A DNA stretch of 64,000 bases from Candidatus Eiseniibacteriota bacterium (lineage in GTDB: Bacteria > Eisenbacteria > RBG-16-71-46), in the NCBI GenBank assembly GCA_963725865.1, contig CAVSAC010000014.1, forward strand, positions 352,001-416,000, in the 5' to 3' direction. Of the stretch, positions 8,653 through 17,566 are shown in pieces. A program made the position numbers and the translations under genes. The notes beneath the pieces were generated by a model. It was given only the letters and a program-made list of their open reading frames with translations, was not told where the DNA came from and did no database searches. Within the stretch, counting starts at the first letter, position 1. Each line of letters begins with the position of its first letter.

Positions 8653-11109
8653 TCAGCGAAGGACGATGAACTTCCGCGTGACGACCTTTCCGCCGGCGGC
8701 GAGCCGGCAGAAGTAGACGCCTTCCCGCCAGCCCTTCGAGTGGAGGCGGACCTCGTGGACGCCCGCGGTGAACTCGGCGTCTCGAAGTACCGAAGCGACC
8801 CGCCTTCCCTGGATATCGAGGACTTCCAAGCGAACAGGCCCTGCCGACGGAAGTGCGAGTCGGACCGAAGCGTCTGAATGAACGGGATTGGGTGAAACTC
8901 GATTCATCGCGACGTAGGCGGGACGCGGCAGAGGCTCCGGAATCGGCGGCGCGAACGAGAAAGCCGTGAGACTCGCCGAGGGGATCAGGCCCGCCCGGCG
9001 TTGGGCACCTCCTACAAACATCGACTGGTCGAATACCGCGAGTGAGAGGACCCCGCCATCCAGGTCCGCGTCCCACGGCAGGCGCTCCCCAGTTCTCGTG
9101 TCGAACGCAACGAGCAGCTTGCACTCTTCACTCGCGATGCGAGTGAAACTCCCGCCGACGAACAGTGTGTCTCCAATGGTAGCGAAGCTCGTGATCTCCG
9201 AGTTAGCATCCGCAGCCCAATCGAGCACTTTGCCGGTCCTGGCGTTGACGGCCGCCAAGTTTGTGTGTGGTTGTCCGCCCACCGAGTTGAATCTCCCGCC
9301 GACAAACGCGGTGTCGCCGACAAAGGCGATCGTGTTCGCCCAGTTGTCGGTCTCAGGATTCCACTCGAGGACGGCTCCCGTCTTGGCATCGACCGCAGCG
9401 AGCCCCTTACGCGTCTGACCGCCGATCGTCCAGAAGAAGCCCGCCACGTAGACAGTGTCTCCTCGCAGGGCAAGTCCGTGCACGTCGCTCGCCGCATTGG
9501 GATTCCAACTCGTCAGCTCGCCCGTCGCAAGATCGAATGAGGCCAGCCGACCTCGCGGCTGTCCGCTCATCGAGGTGAAGTACCCGCCCGCGAACAGAGT
9601 GTCGCCAGACACGACGAGCGACCCGACGACACTGTTGGCCGACGGATCCCATTCGGTCGCAGCGCCGGTAAGCGTATCGAGGGACGCCAATCCGTATCGG
9701 ACCTGCCCGCCTATCGTGGAGAAGTACCCACCGACGTAGATCCGCTCATTGTGCGCAGTCAGCGCCGTGACGATGTAGCCGTCCGGATTGGGTATCCAGT
9801 TCTTGACCGCACCAGTGGTGAGGTCGAATGAGGCGAGGTCCTTTCGACGTGTCCACTCGTCACCGGCGCATGTGAAGGCACCGCCGGCGTAGACGGTGCC
9901 TCCACTCAATGCGACCGTCTCAGCAGGATCGTTCAGACGCGGATCGAATTCGGTCGGCACTCCGGACTGAAGGCTGAGCCCCGCAAGGTATCGGCGAGCT
10001 ACTCCAGCAATGCTACTGAAACCGCCGCAGACGTAGAGGACCGAATCCTGGAGGGCCATCGCCAGAATGTCCGGACCCGGGTCGGGGTTCCAGCCCGTCA
10101 CGGCGCCGCTCGCGAGTTCCACCTCTGCGAGCCCCCCGCGAGGCTCTCCGCCAATCTCGGTGAAATGCCCTGCGACGAACACCGCGCCCGCGTGCACGAT
10201 CAGAGCGCAGACGTATGGACTGCCGAAGTAGCTATCGTCGGGACCGGCCACATGAGGATCCCAACTCGTCACCGAGCCGGTCGTCGCGCTGACTGCGGCG
10301 AGACCATATCGGGATCTGCCACCAATGCTCGAGAATCCGCCGCCGACATAGATCGTGTCGCCGACGGCTACCAGGGCACGAACGGAACGGAAACCAACTT
10401 GAACGTCCGGATCCCACGCCGCCGCCAAGCCTGTGGTTGGGTCGACAGCAGCCAGACGACTTCGGAGTTCGCCGCCGATGGTCGAGAAGTCGCCGCCTAC
10501 GTACAGCAGCCCACGATGCAGGACGAGCGTTCGCACTCGCAGGTCTGCGCTCGGGTCCCATGACGTGGATTCACCGCTGCTCAACTCAAGCGCAGCGAGA
10601 CATCTCCTGGCCTGACCCCCAATGTGAGTGAAGCTTCCCCCCACGTAGAGCGTCGAGCCGTCCTTCAGCAGCGCCAGCACCTCATCGTCGGGATCCGGCC
10701 TCCAGTTGGCTACTCGTCCATCTCCCAGGACGTGAGCAAGATTCGAACGCGGCAAGTCGCCTACGGCGACGAATAAGCCTCCGAGGTACCAACCTCCCGA
10801 TCCGTCCGGGATCACCACACGGACTACCCCTGTCACCCGCGGATAGCCAGGGACCACAGCACCGGACCGACCATCCAGCGGCACGCCGCCACCCGAGTTC
10901 GGTCCTACGTTCAGAAAGGAGCCTCCTATGTAGAGCGTGTTCCCCAGGCGGACAGCCGTGGTGACCACGCCGTCGGTTCCCCACAAAGTAGGATCGACCC
11001 TCTGCGATGAAGCCGGCGGCGTTCCGAGCAGGGTCATCAGCAATCCGAGCACGATGACTCTAGGGACTGGAGCGCTTGTCCTTTCGCTTAGAACACCCGT
11101 CGACGCCAT
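8653..11109 (-). CDS. Secreted beta-propeller repeat protein (14 repeats) with a T9SS/FlgD-type C-terminal domain
   Basis: Signal peptide; repeats like LYVGGxFxxIGGxxRxxLAAVDxxTGxxxxWxP; C-terminal SPNP...LDIQGRRV...GVYFCRL...TRKFIVLR. Confidence 0.85.
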   Translation of the reverse strand: MASTGVLSERTSAPVPRVIVLGLLMTLLGTPPASSQRVDPTLWGTDGVVTTAVRLGNTLYIGGSFLNVGPNSGGGVPLDGRSGAVVPGYPRVTGVVRVVIPDGSGGWYLGGLFVAVGDLPRSNLAHVLGDGRVANWRPDPDDEVLALLKDGSTLYVGGSFTHIGGQARRCLAALELSSGESTSWDPSADLRVRTLVLHRGLLYVGGDFSTIGGELRSRLAAVDPTTGLAAAWDPDVQVGFRSVRALVAVGDTIYVGGGFSSIGGRSRYGLAAVSATTGSVTSWDPHVAGPDDSYFGSPYVCALIVHAGAVFVAGHFTEIGGEPRGGLAEVELASGAVTGWNPDPGPDILAMALQDSVLYVCGGFSSIAGVARRYLAGLSLQSGVPTEFDPRLNDPAETVALSGGTVYAGGAFTCAGDEWTRRKDLASFDLTTGAVKNWIPNPDGYIVTALTAHNERIYVGGYFSTIGGQVRYGLASLDTLTGAATEWDPSANSVVGSLVVSGDTLFAGGYFTSMSGQPRGRLASFDLATGELTSWNPNAASDVHGLALRGDTVYVAGFFWTIGGQTRKGLAAVDAKTGAVLEWNPETDNWANTIAFVGDTAFVGGRFNSVGGQPHTNLAAVNARTGKVLDWAADANSEITSFATIGDTLFVGGSFTRIASEECKLLVAFDTRTGERLPWDADLDGGVLSLAVFDQSMFVGGAQRRAGLIPSASLTAFSFAPPIPEPLPRPAYVAMNRVSPNPVHSDASVRLALPSAGPVRLEVLDIQGRRVASVLRDAEFTAGVHEVRLHSKGWREGVYFCRLAAGGKVVTRKFIVLR

Positions 11110-11224
11110 CGCAACCCCAGACAGTCGTGGCTACATCCAGCGAACGGGCACGATTCCGCTGGCGCGAGAGTACGAGCGCACATATTCGACTCCGATTCGA
11201 TCCGGCAATCGCAACGTCGCCCGG

Positions 11225-13352
11225 TCACCTGATGAGTGGAACGCTTACCGTGTGCCCCGTTCTGCCCGCGGCGAGTCGCACGAAGTAGACTCCGCTCTTG
11301 GCCAGACTCCCGCTTCCGTCGCGACCATCCCAAACGAGATCGGTCCTGCCCTGCGGAAGTTCCCCATCGGCGATTGTCCGCAACCGTCGTCCCATCACGT
11401 CGTAAACCACGAGTTGAACTCGCATCCGAGCCGGCAATTCGACCCTCAGGGCAACTCGAGAGTGCGCCGGTCGCATTCCGATTAGCTGCAGGCCCGGCAC
11501 GCGAACCACCGATCGGACATCCTCTACGTCGGCGGCACTCGGACAACCCATGCCAAACAAGTAGGGCGACGAAGCAGGCTGCATTTGGGTGATGCTGATG
11601 CAGACGTTGACGTCGTTCCAGGCTGCCAGGTACTCGATGTCGTTTGCCTCGCTCATCTGCAGGTACTCGGTTGCGTGCCATTCCGGCACATTGAACGCCT
11701 GCAGCGGCGGCACCAGCGACAGCAGTTTCTGGACGGGGCTCCAACGTGCGCCAGCACTCACAGTGTCGATGGGGCTGAACTCGTTTGATTCGCACCAGAC
11801 GGAGTCGTTGTCAATCGTGCTGAACAACCACCATCTGCCGTCTCGCAAGAATGCATGAGGCGACTCGACCACATAGGGGCCGTTCTGGCCCAGCGGGCTT
11901 ACCCATTCCCGATGCGTGTTCCAAAGTGGATACGTCTCGCCCCACGAATCGAAGTCACCGTGAGATCGCGCGACGCCGACGACCATTTCTGGAGAGTAAT
12001 CCCTCGATACCGTAGCGAAGTACATCAGCCAATCGCCGGGAACGTCTGGATCCTCCATGACGAAGGGGTCGCGAAGTTGGGTTTGGCCCTGATACGGCAC
12101 GCCACCCGGCGTCGGCGTTGGATCGGCCCACGGGATTTGGTTGGGATTCAGAGATGTGACTTCGAGCACGCTGTCGCCTTGGATCCAGGTGATGAGGTCG
12201 GTCGACGTCGCGTGCCCGATGCGCTGATTCGAGTTCACGTCAGCAGCTGCGTAGAACATGTGGTAGGTGAGGCCGCGCCTGACGATGCTCGGGGCCCATA
12301 CATGGAGGCTGTCGAAGCGGCCACCACGAGTTCTGATCGCCGCGGTGTCGATCACGGTCCAGCCCCCGAGACTGTCGGAGACGGCGTGTCCTATGTTCTT
12401 CTCGGTGTCGGCGTTCTGCAGATACTGGTTCTTGCGGATGTAGAAGAGATGGAACGTCCAGCTCCCTGAGGGCGTCCACCCGCCCGGTACAAAGGCGAAA
12501 TCCTTCGGCTGGATCAAGTAGGGGTCGTGATCCGGCCAGACCTCGCGCATCCTTCGTTCACACCCCTCGGGATCGTCCAACAGCAGGGTTGAGGGCGGCG
12601 GTGGATCGGCGGGTACCAATGCCGAAGCGACCAGCGTATCGCCCGCCATGGCTTCCACAGCGCACTCTGGCACTTGTGCAGCCAATTGCGCGGTTGCGAA
12701 GACCGAGCCATCACTCTGCGAAAACACTGCCAGTGGCTGTCTCCACGAGTGGTCAACCGCTGCCAATTGGAGCTCGAGCACGCTCGCGAGCCCGATGCCC
12801 ACGACGTGGAGGCGAAATTCGGTTGATTGGTGAATCGAGGTCGCTCGCAGAATCACCGTCGGGTACTCCCCCCACGCTCCACCATTGAACACGACCTCGT
12901 TCGACTCGATCACCTGCGTGGAATCGCTCGGATCCAGCGCCACCGCCTTGAACCGCCCGCGGCTCTCGGCAGGCAGGTCCAGCAGGTACTGGGCGATCGT
13001 CGACGCTGGTCCATCCTCCGAGCAGAAGTGGATCGTCCGCAGATGCGCGGCGCTGTCGGCCGACGTGGCAGGCTCGTCGACCGCGGACACCTGCGCCATG
13101 TCCTCCGCGCAGCGCGAGCTGTTCGTCGATCGGCACCGGGTTGATGTCGGTGCTGCTATCGGCGACCCACAGCAGTCGCCACTCCGCGGGCAATCGCGAC
13201 TCGCTCGAGTCCGCCTGCACCACCAGCGTGCAGCGCGTCGCCTCTGCAAAGCTCAGCGTGGTCGCGCCAGAGCCCCAGTGGAGCTGCAGCGCGGATGACG
13301 GGCGTGGAATGAACATGGCCATGAGAACCAGAACCCCGAGGATGCGGCACAT
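11225..13352 (-). CDS. Secreted GH32/GH43-like five-bladed beta-propeller protein with FlgD-Ig CTD, single-base frameshift at about 13112
   Basis: Joins ORFs 12753-13352 and 11225-13249. Alignment with the paralog shows one extra base (CTC GCG C TGC GCG GAG). PKDF, WAP, RDP and VESP motifs; C-terminal VYDVMGRRLRT...WDGRD...SGVYFVRL. Confidence 0.82.
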
Positions 13353-13725
13353 GGAGCGGCCTCCATTGTACTGCGGGGTGGGCTGCAGCGGTGGGCTCGA
13401 GGGTGGGTGCGCTCACGACGTGCGGCGGAGCGGAGCCATCACGGCGAAGCGGTGCGAGCGACCGCGCGAGGAGGGTGTGCAGGCAGGGACCGTGCGCGAA
13501 GGCGAGGGGCCTGAGGAGCAACTGCGGCACGGCGGCGGACATGATCGATGCCTTCGAAGGCAGCGGGCCGCGCGAGTGAGGGTGCCGCGCGCGCGAGGTC
13601 GATGCGTCGCGCACACGCATGGGGCGCCCGAGACACGGGCGAGTCAAAGGAGATTCGCAACGGGATGGAGAAACGGCCCATCTCCGCCGACCCTCACGAC
13701 TTCGGGGCGCCTCGCCTTGCCGCTA
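12860..13725. repeat. Direct repeat copy 2: non-coding leader plus 5' coding module
   Basis: Counterpart of 995-1815; ends at the TAG of the VWA-domain gene. Confidence 0.9.
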
Positions 13726-15867
13726 TGGCAGCCCGCGCCTGCGCCGCCACGCCCACTCGACGCTCAGCATCGCAACGATGAGCGCGAACACCCACGGCGA
13801 CTCCCACAGCCGCACCGACGCCGACGCGCGGCGCGCCAGCGCGTGCGCGGGCAGCGCGCGCGCCCAGCGCTCGACGTCGGCGGTGCCGGTCACGCGCCCG
13901 CCCGCGGCCTGCGCCATCGCGGCCAGGCCCGCGCTGTCGGGCTCGACGCGCGCCTCCTCCAGGCTCCAGCGGTCGACCGCGAACTCGGTGCGCGAGCGAC
14001 CCAGCTCACGGCCGGCCTTGCGCGCGCTGGCACTCACGCTCCAGCGGCCGGGCGGCAGGCCGTCGAGCGCCGCCTCGTAGGCGCCGGCGCCGCGCGGCTC
14101 GAACGTCACGCGCCGCTCGCGCCCGCCCGCGGTGCGCAGCGTGCCCTCGACCGCCGCACCGGCGACCGGCTTGAACGCGTCGTCCTGCAGCGTGGCGAAC
14201 AGCCGCACGGTTTCCCCACTCGCGGTCACCAGGCGCTCGGCGCGCACGCGCAGCGGCTCGCCCTGCACCGGCTCGGCGAGCCAGCGCGTGATGCGCCGCC
14301 ACAGCCGCCGGCCGCGCTCGGCGCTGAGCTCGTCGTGGCTCGTCAGCGACCAGCGCCACACGCCGGTGCCGTTGACGAACAGCGCCTGCCCGCGCCCGAT
14401 GCGGCGCGAGAACATCAGCGGCGGGCCGGGCGCCGAGGCGGCGATCAGCACGCGGTCGGCGGCCGACAGCGCGACCGGCGCCAGGTCCGACAGCGGTGCC
14501 GCCGCTCGCCAGGCGCCCTCGCCGCGCGCGGGGTCGTCGTCCCACGCGGTCAGCTCGCGCCCGCCGGCGGTGGGCGCGGGCGAGGCGCTGCGCGCGAACA
14601 GGTCGGGGTCGAGCGGCACCTTCAGCTCGGCCGCGAGCGCGCCCACGCCGAACCGCGTCACGCCGGGCGCGGGGCCGCCGAGCAGCAGCAGTCCGCCGCC
14701 GCCGCGTGCGAAGTCGGCGAGCGCGCGGTCGAACGCCGCGCTCACCTCGGTCGGCGCGAGCCCGTCGAGCACCACCACCGCGATGCCCTTGAGCTCGCCC
14801 GCGCCGGGGGCGTCCACGCGGCGCGCGCGGGCCAGCTCGCGCCAGCCGTCGCGGTCGCGCGCCAGCGCGCGCACCGCCAGGCTCGAGTCCCCGGCCAGCG
14901 CGCGCCGCAGGAACGTCAGGTCCCAGTTGGGCGCGGCACTCACGATCAGCACGCCGAGCCGGCCGGGTGCCACCTCGACCGCGGCGAGCCGCGCGTCGTC
15001 GGCGCGGCTGGCGTCGCCGCGCAGCGAGTCCACCCGCGCCTGCCACACCGCCAGGCCCGCGTGCGCCGGCGTCACGCGCAGCTCGGCCACCGCCTCGGCG
15101 CCGCCGCCGGGCGCGATCACGGTGGCGCGCGCCAGCTCGCGGCCGTCCTCGAGCACCCGCACCGGAACCGGCGTGCCGCGCGGCTCGCTGGTGGTCACGT
15201 GCACGCGCACCGGCGTGGCCTCGCCGACGCGCGCGGTCGCCGGGGTCTCGACCTCGGTCACCGCACGATCGGGCGCCTCGCCGCTGCCGATCACCACCGC
15301 GTGCACCGGCAGGCCGAGCGCGCGCGCGGCGGTGGCGGGATCCGCGCCCGCATTGACCGCGCCGTCGCTCACCACCACCACGCCGTCGGCGCGCCGGCCG
15401 GCGGGGGTCGCGGGCAGTGCCGCGATCGCATCGCCCAGCGCGGTGGCGCCGCGCGCGCCCACGCCGCTGGTGTCGGCGGCGAGCCGGCTCGCGAACGGCA
15501 CCACCTCGAGCCGCGCGCGGCCGCCCCACGCGCGCTCGAGCGATCGCACCGCGCGCTCGGCGAGTGCCGCGCGCGCGGGCCCGCCGGGCGAAGCGGGCAG
15601 CGCCATGCTGGTCGAGCGGTCGAGCAGCACCACGAGCCGCGCGGGGCCGGCGCCGCTCGCGCGCTCGAGCACCGGTTGCGCGAGCAGCAGCGCGAGGGCG
15701 ACGAACGCCAGCACGCGCAGCGCGGTCAGCGCGCGCCGCGCGAGCGCCGGCAGCGGCGGCACCCGGAAGCGGTACGCCCACACGCCGAGCGCCGCCAGCG
15801 CCAGCGCCACCAGCAGCAGGGCGATCCAGGGAGCGTTCGGCGCCAGGTGGAACGAGAGATCGGTCAC
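13723..15867 (-). CDS. Membrane-anchored VWA-domain protein with a glutamine amidotransferase-like domain
   Basis: N-terminal TM helices; MIDAS motif DRSTSM, TALGDA, VVVSDG; LADFARGGGGLLLLGG; C-terminal TM and EWAWRRRRGLP. Confidence 0.8.
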   Translation of the reverse strand: MTDLSFHLAPNAPWIALLLVALALAALGVWAYRFRVPPLPALARRALTALRVLAFVALALLLAQPVLERASGAGPARLVVLLDRSTSMALPASPGGPARAALAERAVRSLERAWGGRARLEVVPFASRLAADTSGVGARGATALGDAIAALPATPAGRRADGVVVVSDGAVNAGADPATAARALGLPVHAVVIGSGEAPDRAVTEVETPATARVGEATPVRVHVTTSEPRGTPVPVRVLEDGRELARATVIAPGGGAEAVAELRVTPAHAGLAVWQARVDSLRGDASRADDARLAAVEVAPGRLGVLIVSAAPNWDLTFLRRALAGDSSLAVRALARDRDGWRELARARRVDAPGAGELKGIAVVVLDGLAPTEVSAAFDRALADFARGGGGLLLLGGPAPGVTRFGVGALAAELKVPLDPDLFARSASPAPTAGGRELTAWDDDPARGEGAWRAAAPLSDLAPVALSAADRVLIAASAPGPPLMFSRRIGRGQALFVNGTGVWRWSLTSHDELSAERGRRLWRRITRWLAEPVQGEPLRVRAERLVTASGETVRLFATLQDDAFKPVAGAAVEGTLRTAGGRERRVTFEPRGAGAYEAALDGLPPGRWSVSASARKAGRELGRSRTEFAVDRWSLEEARVEPDSAGLAAMAQAAGGRVTGTADVERWARALPAHALARRASASVRLWESPWVFALIVAMLSVEWAWRRRRGLP

Positions 15868-15915
15868 GAGCTCGTGGAGGAGGGTGGGATCGGGCAGGCG
15901 TGCGGAACCCGCACG

Positions 15916-15944
15916 AGACTAGGGAGCCGCGCGGCGTGGGGCAA
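15916..15944 (-). promoter_or_regulatory. Putative sigma70-type promoter of the VWA gene
   Basis: TTGCCC-17 nt-TAGTCT on the minus strand. Confidence 0.4.
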
Positions 15945-15972
15945 GCCCGATGCGGGCCTCTCTCCGCGCTCG

Positions 15973-16473
15973 TCAGCCCTCGCGGCGCGTCTGGTCGGCC
16001 AGCCGCAGGCCCTCGAGGATCAGGCGGTCCAGCTCGACGTCGAGCTGGACGTCCTCGCCGTGCGGGCGCTCGCCGGGCTGGTACACGAAGCGGCCGTCGC
16101 GCCACAGCAGCATGCCGTACAGGATGCGGCGCACCACCTCACCCACCGCGCGCTGGACCTGCTCGGGCGTGGCGGCGCCGGCGTTGACCAGCATCGTGCC
16201 CAGCCGCTCGCCGGGCGAGTCCTTCTGCACCGCGAGCGCCAACTCGAGCGCCTCGGGCGTGACCTCGCCGCGGTGCACGAGGATCTGCCCGACCCGCACC
16301 GACTGGCCGCTGGTGCGCGCGAACACCGGGCGGCCGCGCTCGAAGTAGAGCTCCGCGGTCTCGCTGGCGCGCGTGAACAGGATGCGGCCGGTGGCCTGCG
16401 CGAGGTGCAGCATCTGCAGGACCTCGCTGGGAAGGAAGTGCCGCAGGTCGCCTTCGAGCGCGGCATCGCTCAT
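15973..16473 (-). CDS. DUF4388 domain-containing protein
   Basis: LEGDLRHFLPSEVLQML...TGRI...LYFERGRPVFA...WRDGRFVY...LILEGLRLAD. Confidence 0.85.
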   Translation of the reverse strand: MSDAALEGDLRHFLPSEVLQMLHLAQATGRILFTRASETAELYFERGRPVFARTSGQSVRVGQILVHRGEVTPEALELALAVQKDSPGERLGTMLVNAGAATPEQVQRAVGEVVRRILYGMLLWRDGRFVYQPGERPHGEDVQLDVELDRLILEGLRLADQTRREG

Positions 16474-17384
16474 TTCGCCCCCCAGCGCACGTCACCCACC
16501 ACGCGCCCCGGCGCCTGTGCGGTGCCGCGCATGACGCGCAGGTTGTACCAGCCGAGCGCCAGGCCCTGGACGATGGTCGCCGCGAGCAGCACGCCGAGGG
16601 CGATCTCGGTCAGCCCCAGCAGGCGCTCGGCGAGCGGGCCGCGCAGGACGTGGAGCAGCGTGAGCAGCGCGACGAACGCGCCGATGAACACGCCGGTGAG
16701 CCGCCCGAACAGCGTCGGGTGGATGCGCACCGGGCCGACGAACAGATAGAGGTACGCACCACCCACCAGCAGCCCGACGTAGCGCACGGCGGCCACCACG
16801 AACACCCACTCGGGCAGCAGGCGCGCGGTGTAGAGCCCGGCGATCATCGAGAGGTTGAACACGATGTCCACGATCGGGTCCATCACGGTCCCGAGCCGCG
16901 TGACCTGCCCGAAGCGGCGGGCCACCCAGCCGTCGGCCACGTCCGAGAGCGCGGCCACCACGTAGGTGCCGAGCGCGAGCGCGAACCGCCGCTCGGCGAG
17001 GCACAGCACGATCGCGGGGATCAGGCAGAGGCGCAGCAGCGTGAGCACGGTCGGCACGTTGAGCGCCGAGAGCCGGAAGCCCTCGCGGTCGCGCAGCAGC
17101 CCGAGGTGCGCGGTGACCAGCCCGAACGCGACCGCGATCGCGATGCTGGAGCCCACCAGCAGGTCGATGGCGAGCGGCCGCTGCCCGCGCAGCGCGAGCG
17201 TGGCCGCGCCGATGAACGCGCAGACGAAGAACAGCAGCGCGACGCTCCAGATCGAGCGCACCCCGCCGGGGTTGGCGTCGATCTCCTCGCGCATGAGCGC
17301 CAGCGTCCGGCGCAGGTAGGTCGCGATCGCGGGCGGGGTGAAGCGTTCGCGCCGGAGTTCCTGCAGGTACTCCTCGATGAACAC
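16470..17384 (-). CDS. CDP-alcohol phosphatidyltransferase with an N-terminal membrane extension
   Basis: NVPTVLTLLRL and DVADGWVARRFGQVTRLGTVMDPIVD; GGAGG RBS before GTG 17384. Confidence 0.85.
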   Translation of the reverse strand: MFIEEYLQELRRERFTPPAIATYLRRTLALMREEIDANPGGVRSIWSVALLFFVCAFIGAATLALRGQRPLAIDLLVGSSIAIAVAFGLVTAHLGLLRDREGFRLSALNVPTVLTLLRLCLIPAIVLCLAERRFALALGTYVVAALSDVADGWVARRFGQVTRLGTVMDPIVDIVFNLSMIAGLYTARLLPEWVFVVAAVRYVGLLVGGAYLYLFVGPVRIHPTLFGRLTGVFIGAFVALLTLLHVLRGPLAERLLGLTEIALGVLLAATIVQGLALGWYNLRVMRGTAQAPGRVVGDVRWGAK

Positions 17385-17566
17385 ACGGCCTCCACAGGGG
17401 ACGGGGCTGCGCGGCAGGATAGCGATGCGTGCCCCGAGGGGCAATGGCAGGTGCTCGGACTGGACAGGAGCGCGCGCGGCCCGCATCATCGCCGCCCGAG
17501 CCGAACAGGTCGCGCCGGATCCGGACCGGCCGCCCGCCTGCCGACCTCCTTCCGGTCGCCCGTCCC

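Noticed and set aside
11110..11224. Possible integron attC site between the two islet genes
   Set aside because: Only a short ccagcg/cgctgg hairpin; no convincing RYYYAAC/GTTRRRY pair and no integron integrase in the window.
995..13725. Diversity-generating retroelement (TR/VR) or IS/MITE explanation for the repeat
   Set aside because: Differences are not confined to adenines and include indels; no reverse transcriptase, transposase or terminal inverted repeats were seen.
13141..16749. 1202-aa plus-strand ORF, and similar long antisense or alternate-frame ORFs (21331-24261, 24277-26655, 31724-33772, 44116-46215)
   Set aside because: Arg/Ala/Pro-rich shadow ORFs opposite well-supported genes, expected at very high GC.
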